The position numbers were made by a program, and so were the translations under genes. The notes beneath the pieces were generated by a model, which searched no databases, was not told where the DNA came from, and was given only the letters and a program-made list of their open reading frames with translations. 56,373 nucleotides of DNA from an uncultured Gammaproteobacteria bacterium (GTDB lineage Bacteria > Patescibacteriota > Microgenomatia > Levybacterales > GWA1-39-11): assembly GCA_964651815.1 (NCBI GenBank), contig CAZYWG010000012.1, forward strand, positions 1 through 56,373. Reading direction: 5' to 3'. This document shows positions 36,607 through 49,700 of this stretch, piece after piece. Position 1 is the first letter of the stretch. Each line of letters starts with the position of its first letter.

Positions 36607-38124
36607 ATGGACAACTCTGTATTTAACCAATATTTACAAAAGACCGGAGAATACGGAACGGTTTACCAAATAAGCCATCCAATTGTATTTATTGAAGGCT
36701 TGCCAACTGTCAGCACGCACGAGGTAATATTGTTTGAAACTGGACAAAAAGGTGAAGTTTTTGCTATTAATAGGGGCAAAATTGAAGCAAGAATTTTCTC
36801 CCACGAACCGGTCTTGGTTGGGACGCGCGCTACAAGAACTGACCAATTACTTTCAATCCCGGTTGGAAAAGAGCTTTTGGGCCAAACCATTAATCCGCTG
36901 GGTGAGCCGCTTGATGCGTCTGCTCCGTTTGTCCTGCCAAAAGAATTTAGGGACCTTGATGCAAAGCCAGTGGGCATTTCCGGCAGGCAAAAAATCGCGT
37001 CTCGTCTGTCAACCGGCATTTCACTGATTGATATATTAATACCTATGGGAAAGGGTCAACGTGAATTAATTATAGGAGACAGAAAAACCGGAAAAACCTC
37101 ACTGCTCATGACAACTATTAAAACACAGGTTGCTGAAGGTTCCATTGCAATTTACGCGGCTATTGCCAAAAAACAAAGCGATATTAAAAAAATGCAGGAG
37201 TTTTTTGTTCAAGAAAAAATTGCAGACAAAATAATTATTGTCGCAGCAAGCTCACACGACTCGCCAAGCCTCATTTATCAAACACCTTACGCTGCCATGG
37301 CAATTGCCGAATATTTCAGGGACCTGGGCACCCATACGCTACTTATTCTTGATGATTTGTCTTCCCACGCTAAATTTTACCGCGAACTATCTCTCTTAGC
37401 CAGGCGATTCCCAGGCCGAGATTCATACCCTGGGGATATTTTTTATACACATTCAAAGCTTCTTGAACGCGCCGGAAACTTTAAACATCCAACTGTTGGG
37501 GAGGTGTCCATCACTTGTTTACCGGTCATTGAAATTGTTGAAGGGGATTTAACCGGTTACGTTTCAACAAACGTCATGGGAATTACGGACGGCCACATCT
37601 ACCTTGATAGTAATATTTATTACCAAGGCATGCGTCCTGCAGTCAATATTCCCTTGTCAGTTACCCGTGTCGGTCGACAAACTTTGGACAAACTCTCTCG
37701 TGAAGTTAACAAAACTTTAACGGCTTTTTTAGCACGATATGACAAACTTCAAAATTTGTCCCATTTTGGCCAAGAACTGACAGATGATGTAAAAAAGGAT
37801 TTGCGAATTGGGGAAATGGTCTACAAATTCTTTAACCAACCTTATCACTTAACTATTCCTGTGACTATTCAGCTCATTATTTTATCTATGATTATGCAGG
37901 ATATTATAGAAAGCGCTGAAGCTCTTGAAAAAATTAAAATCAATCTGATTGACGCTTTCTATCACGATGAGCCTAAAAAATGGCTTTTGGATATAGCAGC
38001 CACCAACGATTTGAAAGTTTTTAATGAAAATATAATGAAAAATAAAGACAAGCTCTTGTCCTTAGCCGTTGACGACAAACCTAAGGTTCAAAATGAGACT
38101 GTTAATAACACAGAGGCCAATTAA
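36607..38124 (+). CDS. atpA: F1 ATPase alpha subunit (divergent)
   Basis: GQRELIIGDRKTGKT, DDLSSHA..YRELSLL.RRFPGRDSYPGD, ITDGHIYL, SVTRVG. Confidence 0.93.
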   Translation: MDNSVFNQYLQKTGEYGTVYQISHPIVFIEGLPTVSTHEVILFETGQKGEVFAINRGKIEARIFSHEPVLVGTRATRTDQLLSIPVGKELLGQTINPLGEPLDASAPFVLPKEFRDLDAKPVGISGRQKIASRLSTGISLIDILIPMGKGQRELIIGDRKTGKTSLLMTTIKTQVAEGSIAIYAAIAKKQSDIKKMQEFFVQEKIADKIIIVAASSHDSPSLIYQTPYAAMAIAEYFRDLGTHTLLILDDLSSHAKFYRELSLLARRFPGRDSYPGDIFYTHSKLLERAGNFKHPTVGEVSITCLPVIEIVEGDLTGYVSTNVMGITDGHIYLDSNIYYQGMRPAVNIPLSVTRVGRQTLDKLSREVNKTLTAFLARYDKLQNLSHFGQELTDDVKKDLRIGEMVYKFFNQPYHLTIPVTIQLIILSMIMQDIIESAEALEKIKINLIDAFYHDEPKKWLLDIAATNDLKVFNENIMKNKDKLLSLAVDDKPKVQNETVNNTEAN

Positions 38125-38255
38125 AAGTTTATAATTTATATAATTAATTGTTACTTTAAATTTTATCTGCTGCAACGCATTTCTGCGCAAACCGGCAGGT
38201 AATTTTGGTTCGGATGAGATTTATCGAAATGTATAAAAATCATTAATATTTTATT

Positions 38256-39146
38256 ATGTCACAGAGAAAAATTGTCTTAGAAGAATTGGAAGCATTAAAC
38301 AGCCTTAAAGACTTGGCTGAAAGCTATGAGGAAATTGCCGTTGTCAGAATGCAAAATATCCGTGACTCAGTGCTTAAAACCCGCGACTTTTTATCGGAAT
38401 TGTCTGATGTTTTTGTTGACCTAAAAGCGTCATATGAACGCGAGATAAAAGACTTACTTTCAAGAAGAAAAACAGGAGATAAAAGCCTCATACCTTCCCT
38501 TCAAAAAAATGGGCAGACATTGTTTGTATATCTATCTTCGAATGGAAGATTGTATGGGTCTGTCACTCAAAAAGTCTTCAAATTGTTTGTTCAGGACCTC
38601 AGAAAACCGGAGTCAAAAGAGGCTGAGATTGTAATTATTGGTAGTGCGGGACGCGAGATGTATGAAAACTCAGGAGTTGGGAAAAAATTTGAATATTTTG
38701 ACATTCCCGATACGGATATACGCATGGAACATATTAAAAAGTTGATAGAAAAATTTTTGCAGTATGAAAAAGTATATATTTACTACGGTAAATTTAACAA
38801 TGTGGTAAAACAAAACCCCATTAGCACAAGTATCACAGGAGATGACATTTTTGAGACTGAAATTGTCACGGCAACGCCAAGAGACGACAGATTTATATTT
38901 GAACCAATTTTGGAGAAGATTTTCCACTTTTTTGAAGCTCAAATTATCGCAAATCTCTTCAGCCAAACCCTTCTTGAAAATCAGCTCGCGCGGCACGGCT
39001 CCCGCGTAAATTCTATGGAAGAAGCGTTAGTTCATATTGAAGAAGAATCAAAAAAACTGGATCAACAAAAAACACGCATTAAGCACTTGATGCAAAATAA
39101 AAAACAGCTTGAGACTATTTCGGGTATTGTTTTGTGGGATATGTAG
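38256..39146 (+). CDS. atpG: F1 ATPase gamma subunit (divergent)
   Basis: N- and C-terminal coiled-coil helices, SSNGRLYGS, ENQLARHGSRVNSM; located between atpA and atpD. Confidence 0.85.
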   Translation: MSQRKIVLEELEALNSLKDLAESYEEIAVVRMQNIRDSVLKTRDFLSELSDVFVDLKASYEREIKDLLSRRKTGDKSLIPSLQKNGQTLFVYLSSNGRLYGSVTQKVFKLFVQDLRKPESKEAEIVIIGSAGREMYENSGVGKKFEYFDIPDTDIRMEHIKKLIEKFLQYEKVYIYYGKFNNVVKQNPISTSITGDDIFETEIVTATPRDDRFIFEPILEKIFHFFEAQIIANLFSQTLLENQLARHGSRVNSMEEALVHIEEESKKLDQQKTRIKHLMQNKKQLETISGIVLWDM

Positions 39147-40709
<1,563 letters not shown>

Positions 40710-40719
40710 ATCAACCATT

Positions 40720-41043
40720 ATGTCGAATAAAAAAACTGTCAAAGTAAAAATTCGAGATACAGAGAATATTATCTTTGAAGGGGATACAGATAGGGTTAGT
40801 TCTTTTAATGAAGTTGGTCCTTTTGATATATACCCAATGCATGCTAACTTTATCTCAATAATTAGAAAAGAACTGGCATTATATTCATTGGGCAAAAAAA
40901 TCAAAGAGTTGACGTTTGAGCAAGCGGTCATGAAAGTTAAACAGGATATAATACATATTTTCTTAGGAATTGAGGTCCTTTCACTGGATGAGAAAAATAC
41001 AAAACCCGAGGAAGCAACAAAAACCCCAACTAAGCAACAATAA
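40720..41043 (+). CDS. atpC: F1 epsilon-like subunit, N-terminal beta-sandwich only (start ATG 40720)
   Basis: VKIRDTENIIFEG...GPFDIYPMHANFIS; no C-terminal helical hairpin. Confidence 0.75.
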   Translation: MSNKKTVKVKIRDTENIIFEGDTDRVSSFNEVGPFDIYPMHANFISIIRKELALYSLGKKIKELTFEQAVMKVKQDIIHIFLGIEVLSLDEKNTKPEEATKTPTKQQ

Positions 41044-42142
41044 GTATTTTCTAACCCAAAACTCCGAAATAATTTTGAAAATCGCAATTTTTAGTAATTT
41101 ATATATGAATCACATCTATAATAAAGGCTGAATTTAAACTATTGAGTATAAATATTGTTTTTAATTAAAATTTAGATCTAAATATCAGGAGAATTGAAAG
41201 TACATAATGTTGAACTAGCCTCAAGAAATCTACAAAACTTGCTGAAAATGTGTACATCGTATACTTATAGGATAATTATCTTGCTGAGTGAATGACGGTG
41301 ACAACATTTTTTAAAATTTCTGTGAAAAGTCTGTTATTTATTTAGTTTACTTTTCACGAATTTTTGAAAAACTTAAAATTTTAAAAAAACTTTTTTTAAA
41401 ACTCTACTCTACTAAAATGGCGCTTTCCTTTTTTTTTAAAAAAATGTTTTTTAAACTTTGTCTTTTTATTTCACCAAAATATTTTTTTATCATTTTATAA
41501 AGATTAGAAAATTTTCATCCGTTTAAAAAATGTACAATTCAAAAAAATGAAAACCGTGTTTTTGTATTTTTTAAAATAACAAATTTTATAAATTTGTCTT
41601 AAGTTTTAACAAATTAAAAGTTACTAAAAAATTTTGGAATTTTGTAGAAACTAAAAGAAATGTATTTTAGTTTAAAGTCTATTCTATTTTTAAAGAATCA
41701 AATAATTGCAAATGGCGGATTTTAAACATCCCAGAGTCTACTTTTTTAAAGCATCTTTCTAAATAGATAATTAACTCGAAAATTGTTTTTCAAAAAGTAA
41801 AATTTCTAACTTAACTAATACATCCGAACCACCATTTATTTTTAGGAAAATATTTCTTCTTTTAACAGATTTTTTATTGCATGAAAAGTTCTTTATTTTG
41901 TGTCGAAGCGTAGCCTTATTTTCTGTGAAAAATGTGGTATATAAATACCTATCTTATTGTACTTTAAAGTATTAAAATGCATCACGAATTTTAACCACCC
42001 TTTTTTTAGCCTCAATTATGGGAATCCTACATGTATCCACTAATGAATAGATTGATCTATTACGTAGTACTTTCGCTATGTTGACTAGCCTCCGTGAAAC
42101 ATGGACAATTAATGTAGGCTGGGAATTTATTTCGAGGAATTT
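41044..42142. other. About 1.1 kb very AT-rich non-coding region
   Basis: No ORF of 60 aa or more lies within it; dense A/T homopolymer runs. Confidence 0.75.
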
Positions 42143-43657
42143 ATGAATATTGGCCAGGACGGCGACAGCCAGAAAATATTATTATCATTACAACAAGCTT
42201 CTGAAAAGTTGGGTGTTACAATAGCAACCCTCCTAGAGTGGAATGAGCACAATATTCTCAAACCTACTATCACTCAGATTGGGGAAATCGGATATACTCA
42301 AGAGCAAATTGACCAATTCTTAATTATCAGAAAATTATCTCAAACTGGTCAAATTACGTCCGTGAAAACTGAAGCTGTCTCTAGCTCTTCTGAGCAAATT
42401 GAAAAAACCTCAAATTTGTTACCTCCTCAAAATAGCATGCCTATCGAAAATAATATTACGCCAGATAAGCCTAATTATTTGCCGTTAGAAAGCGCACCCG
42501 TGGTAAACGAGTCTGGCAAGAATGGATTTAAATTCACTACACCCATGCTCTTTTTGTCCTTTGCAGGGATTATTGCGGTTATGATATCCGTCTTGTATAT
42601 TGCACAGGGAAATTTAAATACTTTGTCTAATCAACAAGGAAATGGTTCTGTAAAAGTATCCGATAATAATGGAAATACTCCAACAGCTCAGACTAGTAGC
42701 TATGGTTATTCCGGACAGTCTACCCCATCACATCCAATAGAACTTGCGGATGAATTGTCGATTGCCAAAAATATTTACAACGTAGGTGAAAGCATTTTGA
42801 GAGAAAAAATAGTCCAACCAACACCATTTTATGGAAAAACCGCAAGTAGTACTGCGTCTACGACTAATCAAAAAAAACAAATAGCAACATTGGCGTCGTC
42901 TAGTAGGCAGACAACTGATAACAATATCAAACCCAATATTAATACAACAAACGATAGCAGCACAATGAGTGACGCTTCCAACTTTGCGTCAGAAAATCAA
43001 TGCCCAAATTGCACAAATCAGAGCGATTCGGCCTTTGATGGTAACGGAAACATTAAAGGAGATGTAACAAAGACAGATACTTTAGCTTCAATACTGGGAG
43101 AATTTGGTGGAGTCGGAAGTATAGATTCTTCTAGACAAACCACTGACCCAAAAAGCCAGCTAATTATTTTGACAATTTGTATTTTAACGGGTATTTTCCT
43201 TTTTAATAAACAACTGGCTTATGCATTTAAACCTCAACAGGCGCCCCAAATTGAGGCTAACTTTAGTCTTGTTGAAAATATGTCACAGAAGGTTTTTGAA
43301 CTTGACCAAAAAACAGATGGGACAGTTGTGTTATATTTCCAAGGACAAGAGCACAAAATTAGTAAGCCGGAGTTGTATAGTGATTCTGACCAATTTATTG
43401 GGAGATTGATGGAGTTAGTCCAGCCCGATATTAAGGAGATGGATTACAACAGTTTCAACGATCAAAAAATCAAGTTTTCCGCGCCTCTAAGTAGACTCGT
43501 AACAAGACTTGGTTTTGTAGGTGTAAAAAGAGATCTATTTTTTCCGCGCACTTCAAAGGATAGAGTTTTCTTTAGGAGATATATAACCCAACAAGACCTG
43601 AACGATATGAACCTGACAAGCAGTAAAGTTTTGACCGATTTGACACTACCTTCTTAA
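42143..43657 (+). CDS. Membrane protein with an N-terminal MerR-type HTH, two TM segments and a Ser/Thr/Asn-rich loop
   Basis: LLSLQQASEKLGVTIATLLEWNEHNILKP..T..GEIGYTQEQI; TMs near aa 135-155 and 340-358. Confidence 0.8.
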   Translation: MNIGQDGDSQKILLSLQQASEKLGVTIATLLEWNEHNILKPTITQIGEIGYTQEQIDQFLIIRKLSQTGQITSVKTEAVSSSSEQIEKTSNLLPPQNSMPIENNITPDKPNYLPLESAPVVNESGKNGFKFTTPMLFLSFAGIIAVMISVLYIAQGNLNTLSNQQGNGSVKVSDNNGNTPTAQTSSYGYSGQSTPSHPIELADELSIAKNIYNVGESILREKIVQPTPFYGKTASSTASTTNQKKQIATLASSSRQTTDNNIKPNINTTNDSSTMSDASNFASENQCPNCTNQSDSAFDGNGNIKGDVTKTDTLASILGEFGGVGSIDSSRQTTDPKSQLIILTICILTGIFLFNKQLAYAFKPQQAPQIEANFSLVENMSQKVFELDQKTDGTVVLYFQGQEHKISKPELYSDSDQFIGRLMELVQPDIKEMDYNSFNDQKIKFSAPLSRLVTRLGFVGVKRDLFFPRTSKDRVFFRRYITQQDLNDMNLTSSKVLTDLTLPS

Positions 43658-43753
43658 AACCTGAGCGCAAGTGCCAGGTCTACACAGGTCAGGACGAGTC
43701 TACTCGAGCCTCACACTACATCTATTTTTTAGCTTTAACTTAAGCTTAATTTA

Positions 43754-46700
43754 GTGAAAAAAGATTCTGGCCCAGACAATCAAGAAAAATTATTGAACCT
43801 AAAAGAAGCTTCAAACAAGCTTGGGGTTTCAGTTGATGTTCTCCTGAAGTGGAACGAACACAACATTTTGAAACCAACAATTACTCCAAATGGCGAGATT
43901 GCATATACAAAAGAGCAACTTGAACATTTTTTGAAAATTAAAAATGCTTCATTAGAAACTGAACGGACCGGCGAATCAGAAACAATAGCTTCAAGTGAAG
44001 AAACCGATTTGCAAAGAAAAATTGAGTTAGATTTAGCTTCAAAACAATACGTAAAGTCCCGGGAATTATCTATCTATCAAAAACTTGTTAAGTGGGTTGG
44101 GGAAGGATTTTATGAAGACGAATATATTAAAAGCTACCTCAAATCACAAGTTAGAGATTCGCTAACTTTCACTCCAAAATTCCCTTCTACTCGCACGTTG
44201 TCTATTCTTATAGTTTTTATTTCACTCTTTTCTCTTGGATTATTCACACAGCAAAATAGAATTAAATTCTTGTTAGACAGCTACCAAGTGCACTCACAAA
44301 ATGCGTCACAATCCAAAAGTGCGGTCTTGGGTGCCCAGACAAGCAGGCTAAAACTTATGGGGAATATTACATTTGGTTTACCCGTAACAATCAAAGACAA
44401 TACTACCCTCAAGAAAAATCTTTTGGTTGAAGGTAAAAGCACTTTCAAGCAGAACATCACTGCTCCTAATGTAATTTACGGTATAAAAGCAGGACAAAAT
44501 ATAACAATTACTGACCAGGCAAGCCAGATACCCACAATCTCTGTTGACCTTTCTAATGCAGTCACGTCTTTTCAGGGACAAACAGGAGATATACAACTTC
44601 AACCCGGCACGGATATTGCAATTGATGGTCTTACAATTTCCGACAAATCAACTCTTGATACTGTTTCGTCCAGAGGCGAATGTTCTTCTTGTATTACAGA
44701 CGGAGATGTTGCAAATAATCTGACAATTACGGCAGGTGGCCAAATAGCCGGTGAAGCTATTAAAACAGGCGTAATTAGTCCAAATGTTGGAGGAACAGGC
44801 CTTACAACATATGCCACGGGTGACCTTATTTTTGCAGAGTCGCCCGATACTCTTTCAAATTTACCAATTGGCACTTCAGGGCAGTTTCTGACAGTTGGTA
44901 TTTCAGGATTGCCAACGTGGGATAACATTGGGTCTTTTGCTGTAGCGGTTGTTAAAAAAGATAACGTTGTAATTTCATCCCTCACCAACACTTTGAATTT
45001 CTCAAGCGGAGACTTTAATCCAACCGTTAGTCCTGTGGGTCAAGTCAACTTTACTCTCGCGCCTACCCTAACTTCTGTCACGGGTGTTGCAAATAATTTC
45101 AACTTGGGTGGAGATACCCTAAGCTTTAGCGCCTCGGGTAATTTGGTTTCATCAGGTACTAACTCCATAAGTGTTGACTCCGGCACAACAGGGGACGTCA
45201 ACCTTGGGAATGGTAATAATCCAAAGGCAGTCAACATTGCAACCGGGGCTGGTGGGAATGCTGTTAATATAGCAACTGATGATACAACTGCAGATACCAT
45301 AAACATTGGATCAACTAAAGATACTACAACGCTTTCCGGTTCAGTTACTGCAAATAATCTTTTTTCAAACAATGCAACAATAACAGGTGGGACAATAAAT
45401 GGCACAATCATTGGTGGAAGTGCACCTGCCAACGGTACATTTACAAACCTTACATCAACTGGGGATACTACTCTCTCTAGCGGAGCCGGAGCAATTACAT
45501 CAATTGGAAATGCCACCGGAACTTTGCAAATACAATCAAGCGGCCTGCAAGTTTCAACGGCGGGTGGAATAACAATTCCAAATACCGAAACATTAACAGT
45601 TGGGACAATAGGTTTAAGTTCGGCCGGAACAAACGCTCTAAATTCAGGTGCTAATTTAGTTGGCGTATTTGATAATTTGGTAAATTCAAGTTCTAATAAT
45701 TTGCAACAAGTTTTGAAAGATTTGGATTCATCAATCACCTCTGCCGGAGTTTCACCCTTCACTATTGACACTGATATAACTTATGGAGACTTCATTAGGC
45801 CAACTACAAATAGCGACAATTTTACTTTGGGTGGGGATGGGACAATTGCCGGCTCTAAGTTATTTTTTAATGCTACAACAGGGAATCTGGCACTTGGAAC
45901 AAACAACACTGGGTCTGGCGGACTTAACGGGGCACTAACTTTTTATTCATCTGGTAATGGAGTAACGGACGCAACCGTAACTACAAATTCAACGGGAGAT
46001 CTTCTTATTCAAAATAGCAACGTTGGCATTGGAGCAACTCCATCGGACACTGATGCTGACAATAACCCGTTCAAACTCGAGGTTCATGGAAGCATTGGGC
46101 CTGATGTAAATGCTGTCTATGATTTGGGTTCACCAACCAAGCAATATAGAAATTTATATTTGACAGGACAAACAACTTCTGGCGGTAACATAACAATTGC
46201 AAATAGTGCTCCGGCTATTAATTTTGTCGAGACGGATAACAGTAACTATCAGTTTTCGGTACAAACAGATAACTCTACATTTCTCATAAATAACGATACT
46301 ACAGGACAAAGTATTTTGTCTGCTTCAGCAAGTGGAAACATTGATTTTGCGGGAGGCGTATCATCAACCGGCTGTACACTAATAAATGCAACTGGTGATC
46401 TTTCTTGTTCCGGCAACATAACAGGGACAAACAATGGAACGGTTGGATACTTCTCCAGAAATAACGGAACTTGGGTTGTTTCGCTCGCTACCAATACTGA
46501 TTCTCTTGCTATTGGGACTGCCAACCAATTCACAATATCAAACACCGGAGTACTTTCAACAACCGGAAATATTTCAACAACAGGCGGCGGCACAATTACT
46601 TCAAACGGCTTGCTTACAGCTTCAAACGGCTTTACTCTTTCTTCAGGTGCGCTAAATCTTACGGCAACAAGCGGCGCTTTGAACCTTACCGGTTTATTAG

Positions 46701-49700
46701 CATCAAATATTTCAACCGGCGCAAATAATTTACTTATTACATCCGGCAACTTTAATACAACGGCGACAGGGATTAATTCAACCGCAATCGGAGCCACAAG
46801 CGCGTCTAGCGGCGCTTTCACAACTCTCTCCTCTACCGGGGTTACGAACCTTGGTACTGCAGGTGCGTCCGACGTTAATATTGCGAATACTGGAACTGGA
46901 AATGTCTCTGTTGGAAACGCTACCGGGACATTTGCATTAACTTCTAATGGCGGTTTGAATGTTACAACTGTTGGCGACTTAACCGGTGTTGCAACCCTTG
47001 ACACAATTACAACTTCTGCAACCGGCCTGGGATTTGCTAATACCGGGGCAATTACAACAGGCGCCGCTTCTGATTTGTCACTTACTTCCGGAACAACAGG
47101 TGCTATAAACGTTGACTCGGGGACAACTGGAGCAGTTAACATTGGTACTGGGAATAATGCAAAAACAATTAACATTGGCACTGGGAACGGTGGAAACGCT
47201 ATCAACATTGCAACTGATAACACTAACGCGGACGTCGTAACTATTGGTTCGGGACTTGATACGGTTAACATTTTAGGTGCGGTAACTGCCAATAATTTGT
47301 CTTCAAACAATGTCACTATAACGGGCGGCTCAATTAATGGAACAACGATTGGAGCGATAACGCCTTTAACCGGTGCTTTCACTACCCTTTCTGCAAATAA
47401 CAATGTGACTTTCACAGGCCTTGGGACAGCAACAGGAAATGCAGTCTGTATCACTGGTGGTAATTTAATTGTGAAATGTAATGGCGGCGGAGGCCTTCAA
47501 ACAGCGTATGACATTGGAAACACAATTCTTACATCAAGCGGTAAAGATATTGGATTCACGCTCTACGATGAATCTTCTGATTCTGGAGTAGCAACTTCAT
47601 TTACTCTTAGGAATACGGGGACAGCATCTGCTTTTGTTATTAACGACACCAACCCAGCGGTAAATAATTCACTAGTTATTCAATCAAATGGGACAACAAA
47701 TTTGACAGTTGATGAATTTGGAAATGCCACAACATCAGGGACTATTGTTACAACAAACACAACAAACTCTACAAATTCAACAAACGGCGCTTTGGTTGTT
47801 TCGGGCGGCACGGGAATTGGTGGAGCTCTAAACGTTGGGTCAAGTGGAACGTTTGGGTCTACACTTACGGCGTCAAATGGTTTAACTCAAACCACCGGTG
47901 CTCTAAACTTGACCGCCAATTCCGGTGCACTTACGCTTTCCGGGCTTAGTGCTTCATCAATTAATACAGGGGTTAACAATCTTATTTTTACAAGCGCCAA
48001 CTTTAATACAACAGCAAATGGAATTAATTCAACCGCAATTGGAGCTTCAACGCCATCTACCGGCGCGTTTACTACACTCTCTTCGACTTTAAGTACAACT
48101 CTTTCATCAGTAGGTGGTAATGTAATTATTGGAAACGCGGGCGGCACATTTCAGGTTGCATCAAGTGGATTTAATGTAACAACGGCAGGCGCGTTAACAG
48201 GTGTCACGTCAATTGATACTATTTTAACCACCGCTAATTCGTTGACATTTGCCGCTGATGGGACACTTAAAACAACCGGCGCTAACACTCTGACTCTTGA
48301 CTCCGGCACAACAGGGGACGTCAACCTTGGGAATGGTAATAATCCAAAAGCAGTTAATATAGCAACCGGAACTGGTGGGAACAGTGTTAACATAGCAACT
48401 GATGATACAACCGCCGACACTATAAATATTGCTTCAAGTAAAGATACTACTACAATCTTTGGGGGGGTTACTGCAAATAATCTTTTTTCAAACAATGCAA
48501 CAATAACAGGTGGAACAATAAATGGAACAATCATTGGTGGAGCAGCACCAGCAGCTGGTACATTTACAAACCTTACATCAACTGGGGATACAACAATCGG
48601 CGATCAAACTTCTGATAAGTTAACTATTAATTCTGCACTACAAGGACTAAACGCCCTTCTCTTTGAAGGGGCAACAGTTGATGGCAGTAAAACAATATTT
48701 GCAGTAGCCGATCCTACCCAAAATAATACAATTACTCTACCAAATGCGTCAGGCACCGTTGCAGTATCCGCAACTGGACCCGTTGCTTTGAGCGCTGTTG
48801 GAGATATTTCGTGCCCCACGTGTTTGGTGAGTTCAAATGGTAGCTCTACTCCGGTGGTTTTGGCACCAACTTCAGCGCAGAACGACGCGTCTACCAACAC
48901 TTCAATCAACATATCAAAAACCGGAGTTGCTCCTCTACTCAGTCTTGTTCAAGGATCAACTCTTTCCAGTAATTACGCGACGACCGACGCAACAATCAAC
49001 CGAAACATAACGGGAGGAGTAAATAATATTGGCGGGACAATACTTTCTCTTTCCGATACGTCTGCAACGTCCGGATTGAATAATCCAACAGCTTTGGGTA
49101 TCACCTTCTCCACTCCCTTAGCAAGCTCGCTATACACCGGAAATTTTGTCAACTTTGGGAGGTCTGATGTTGCAGGCGGCGCCCCTGTTTCAAAGTTTTC
49201 AGTTGGAGCAACTGGAAATGTTACTGCCGCAGGAACTATCAATAACGCAACTATCTCTGGGGGCACTCTTTCCGGTGGAACATTCTCAGCCGGTTCTGTT
49301 TCCGGAGGGTCATTAACAGGCGGGACTTATACAGCCACCGGCTTCACAGTCGGTGGAAATTACACCGGCACCATAAATAACGGCGGAACATTTAATATTT
49401 CTGATGGAACAAATACTTTGTTTACTATCACTGACGCCGGGACACAGGGTGATGTATCAAATATTCGCGCTTTGACTGCTTCCGGAACAATTACACTTTC
49501 GAACCTAGTTGCAAATGGGCCTATCTACACAACGGCCGGCGGAGTCCTTAATTCAGAAGCGCAACTTGCAATAACCCGCGGTGGTACTAACAATTCATCA
49601 TTTGTTAATAATTCAGTTGTTTATTATGACGGCACATCTTTGTCCTCTCTTGGACAGGCAACTGATGGCCAAATCATCATTGGCGCTACCGGCGGCGCGC

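Noticed and set aside
41044-42142. Replication origin
   Set aside because: No convincing TTATCCACA boxes seen and no dnaA/dnaN neighbours; kept only as an AT-rich region.
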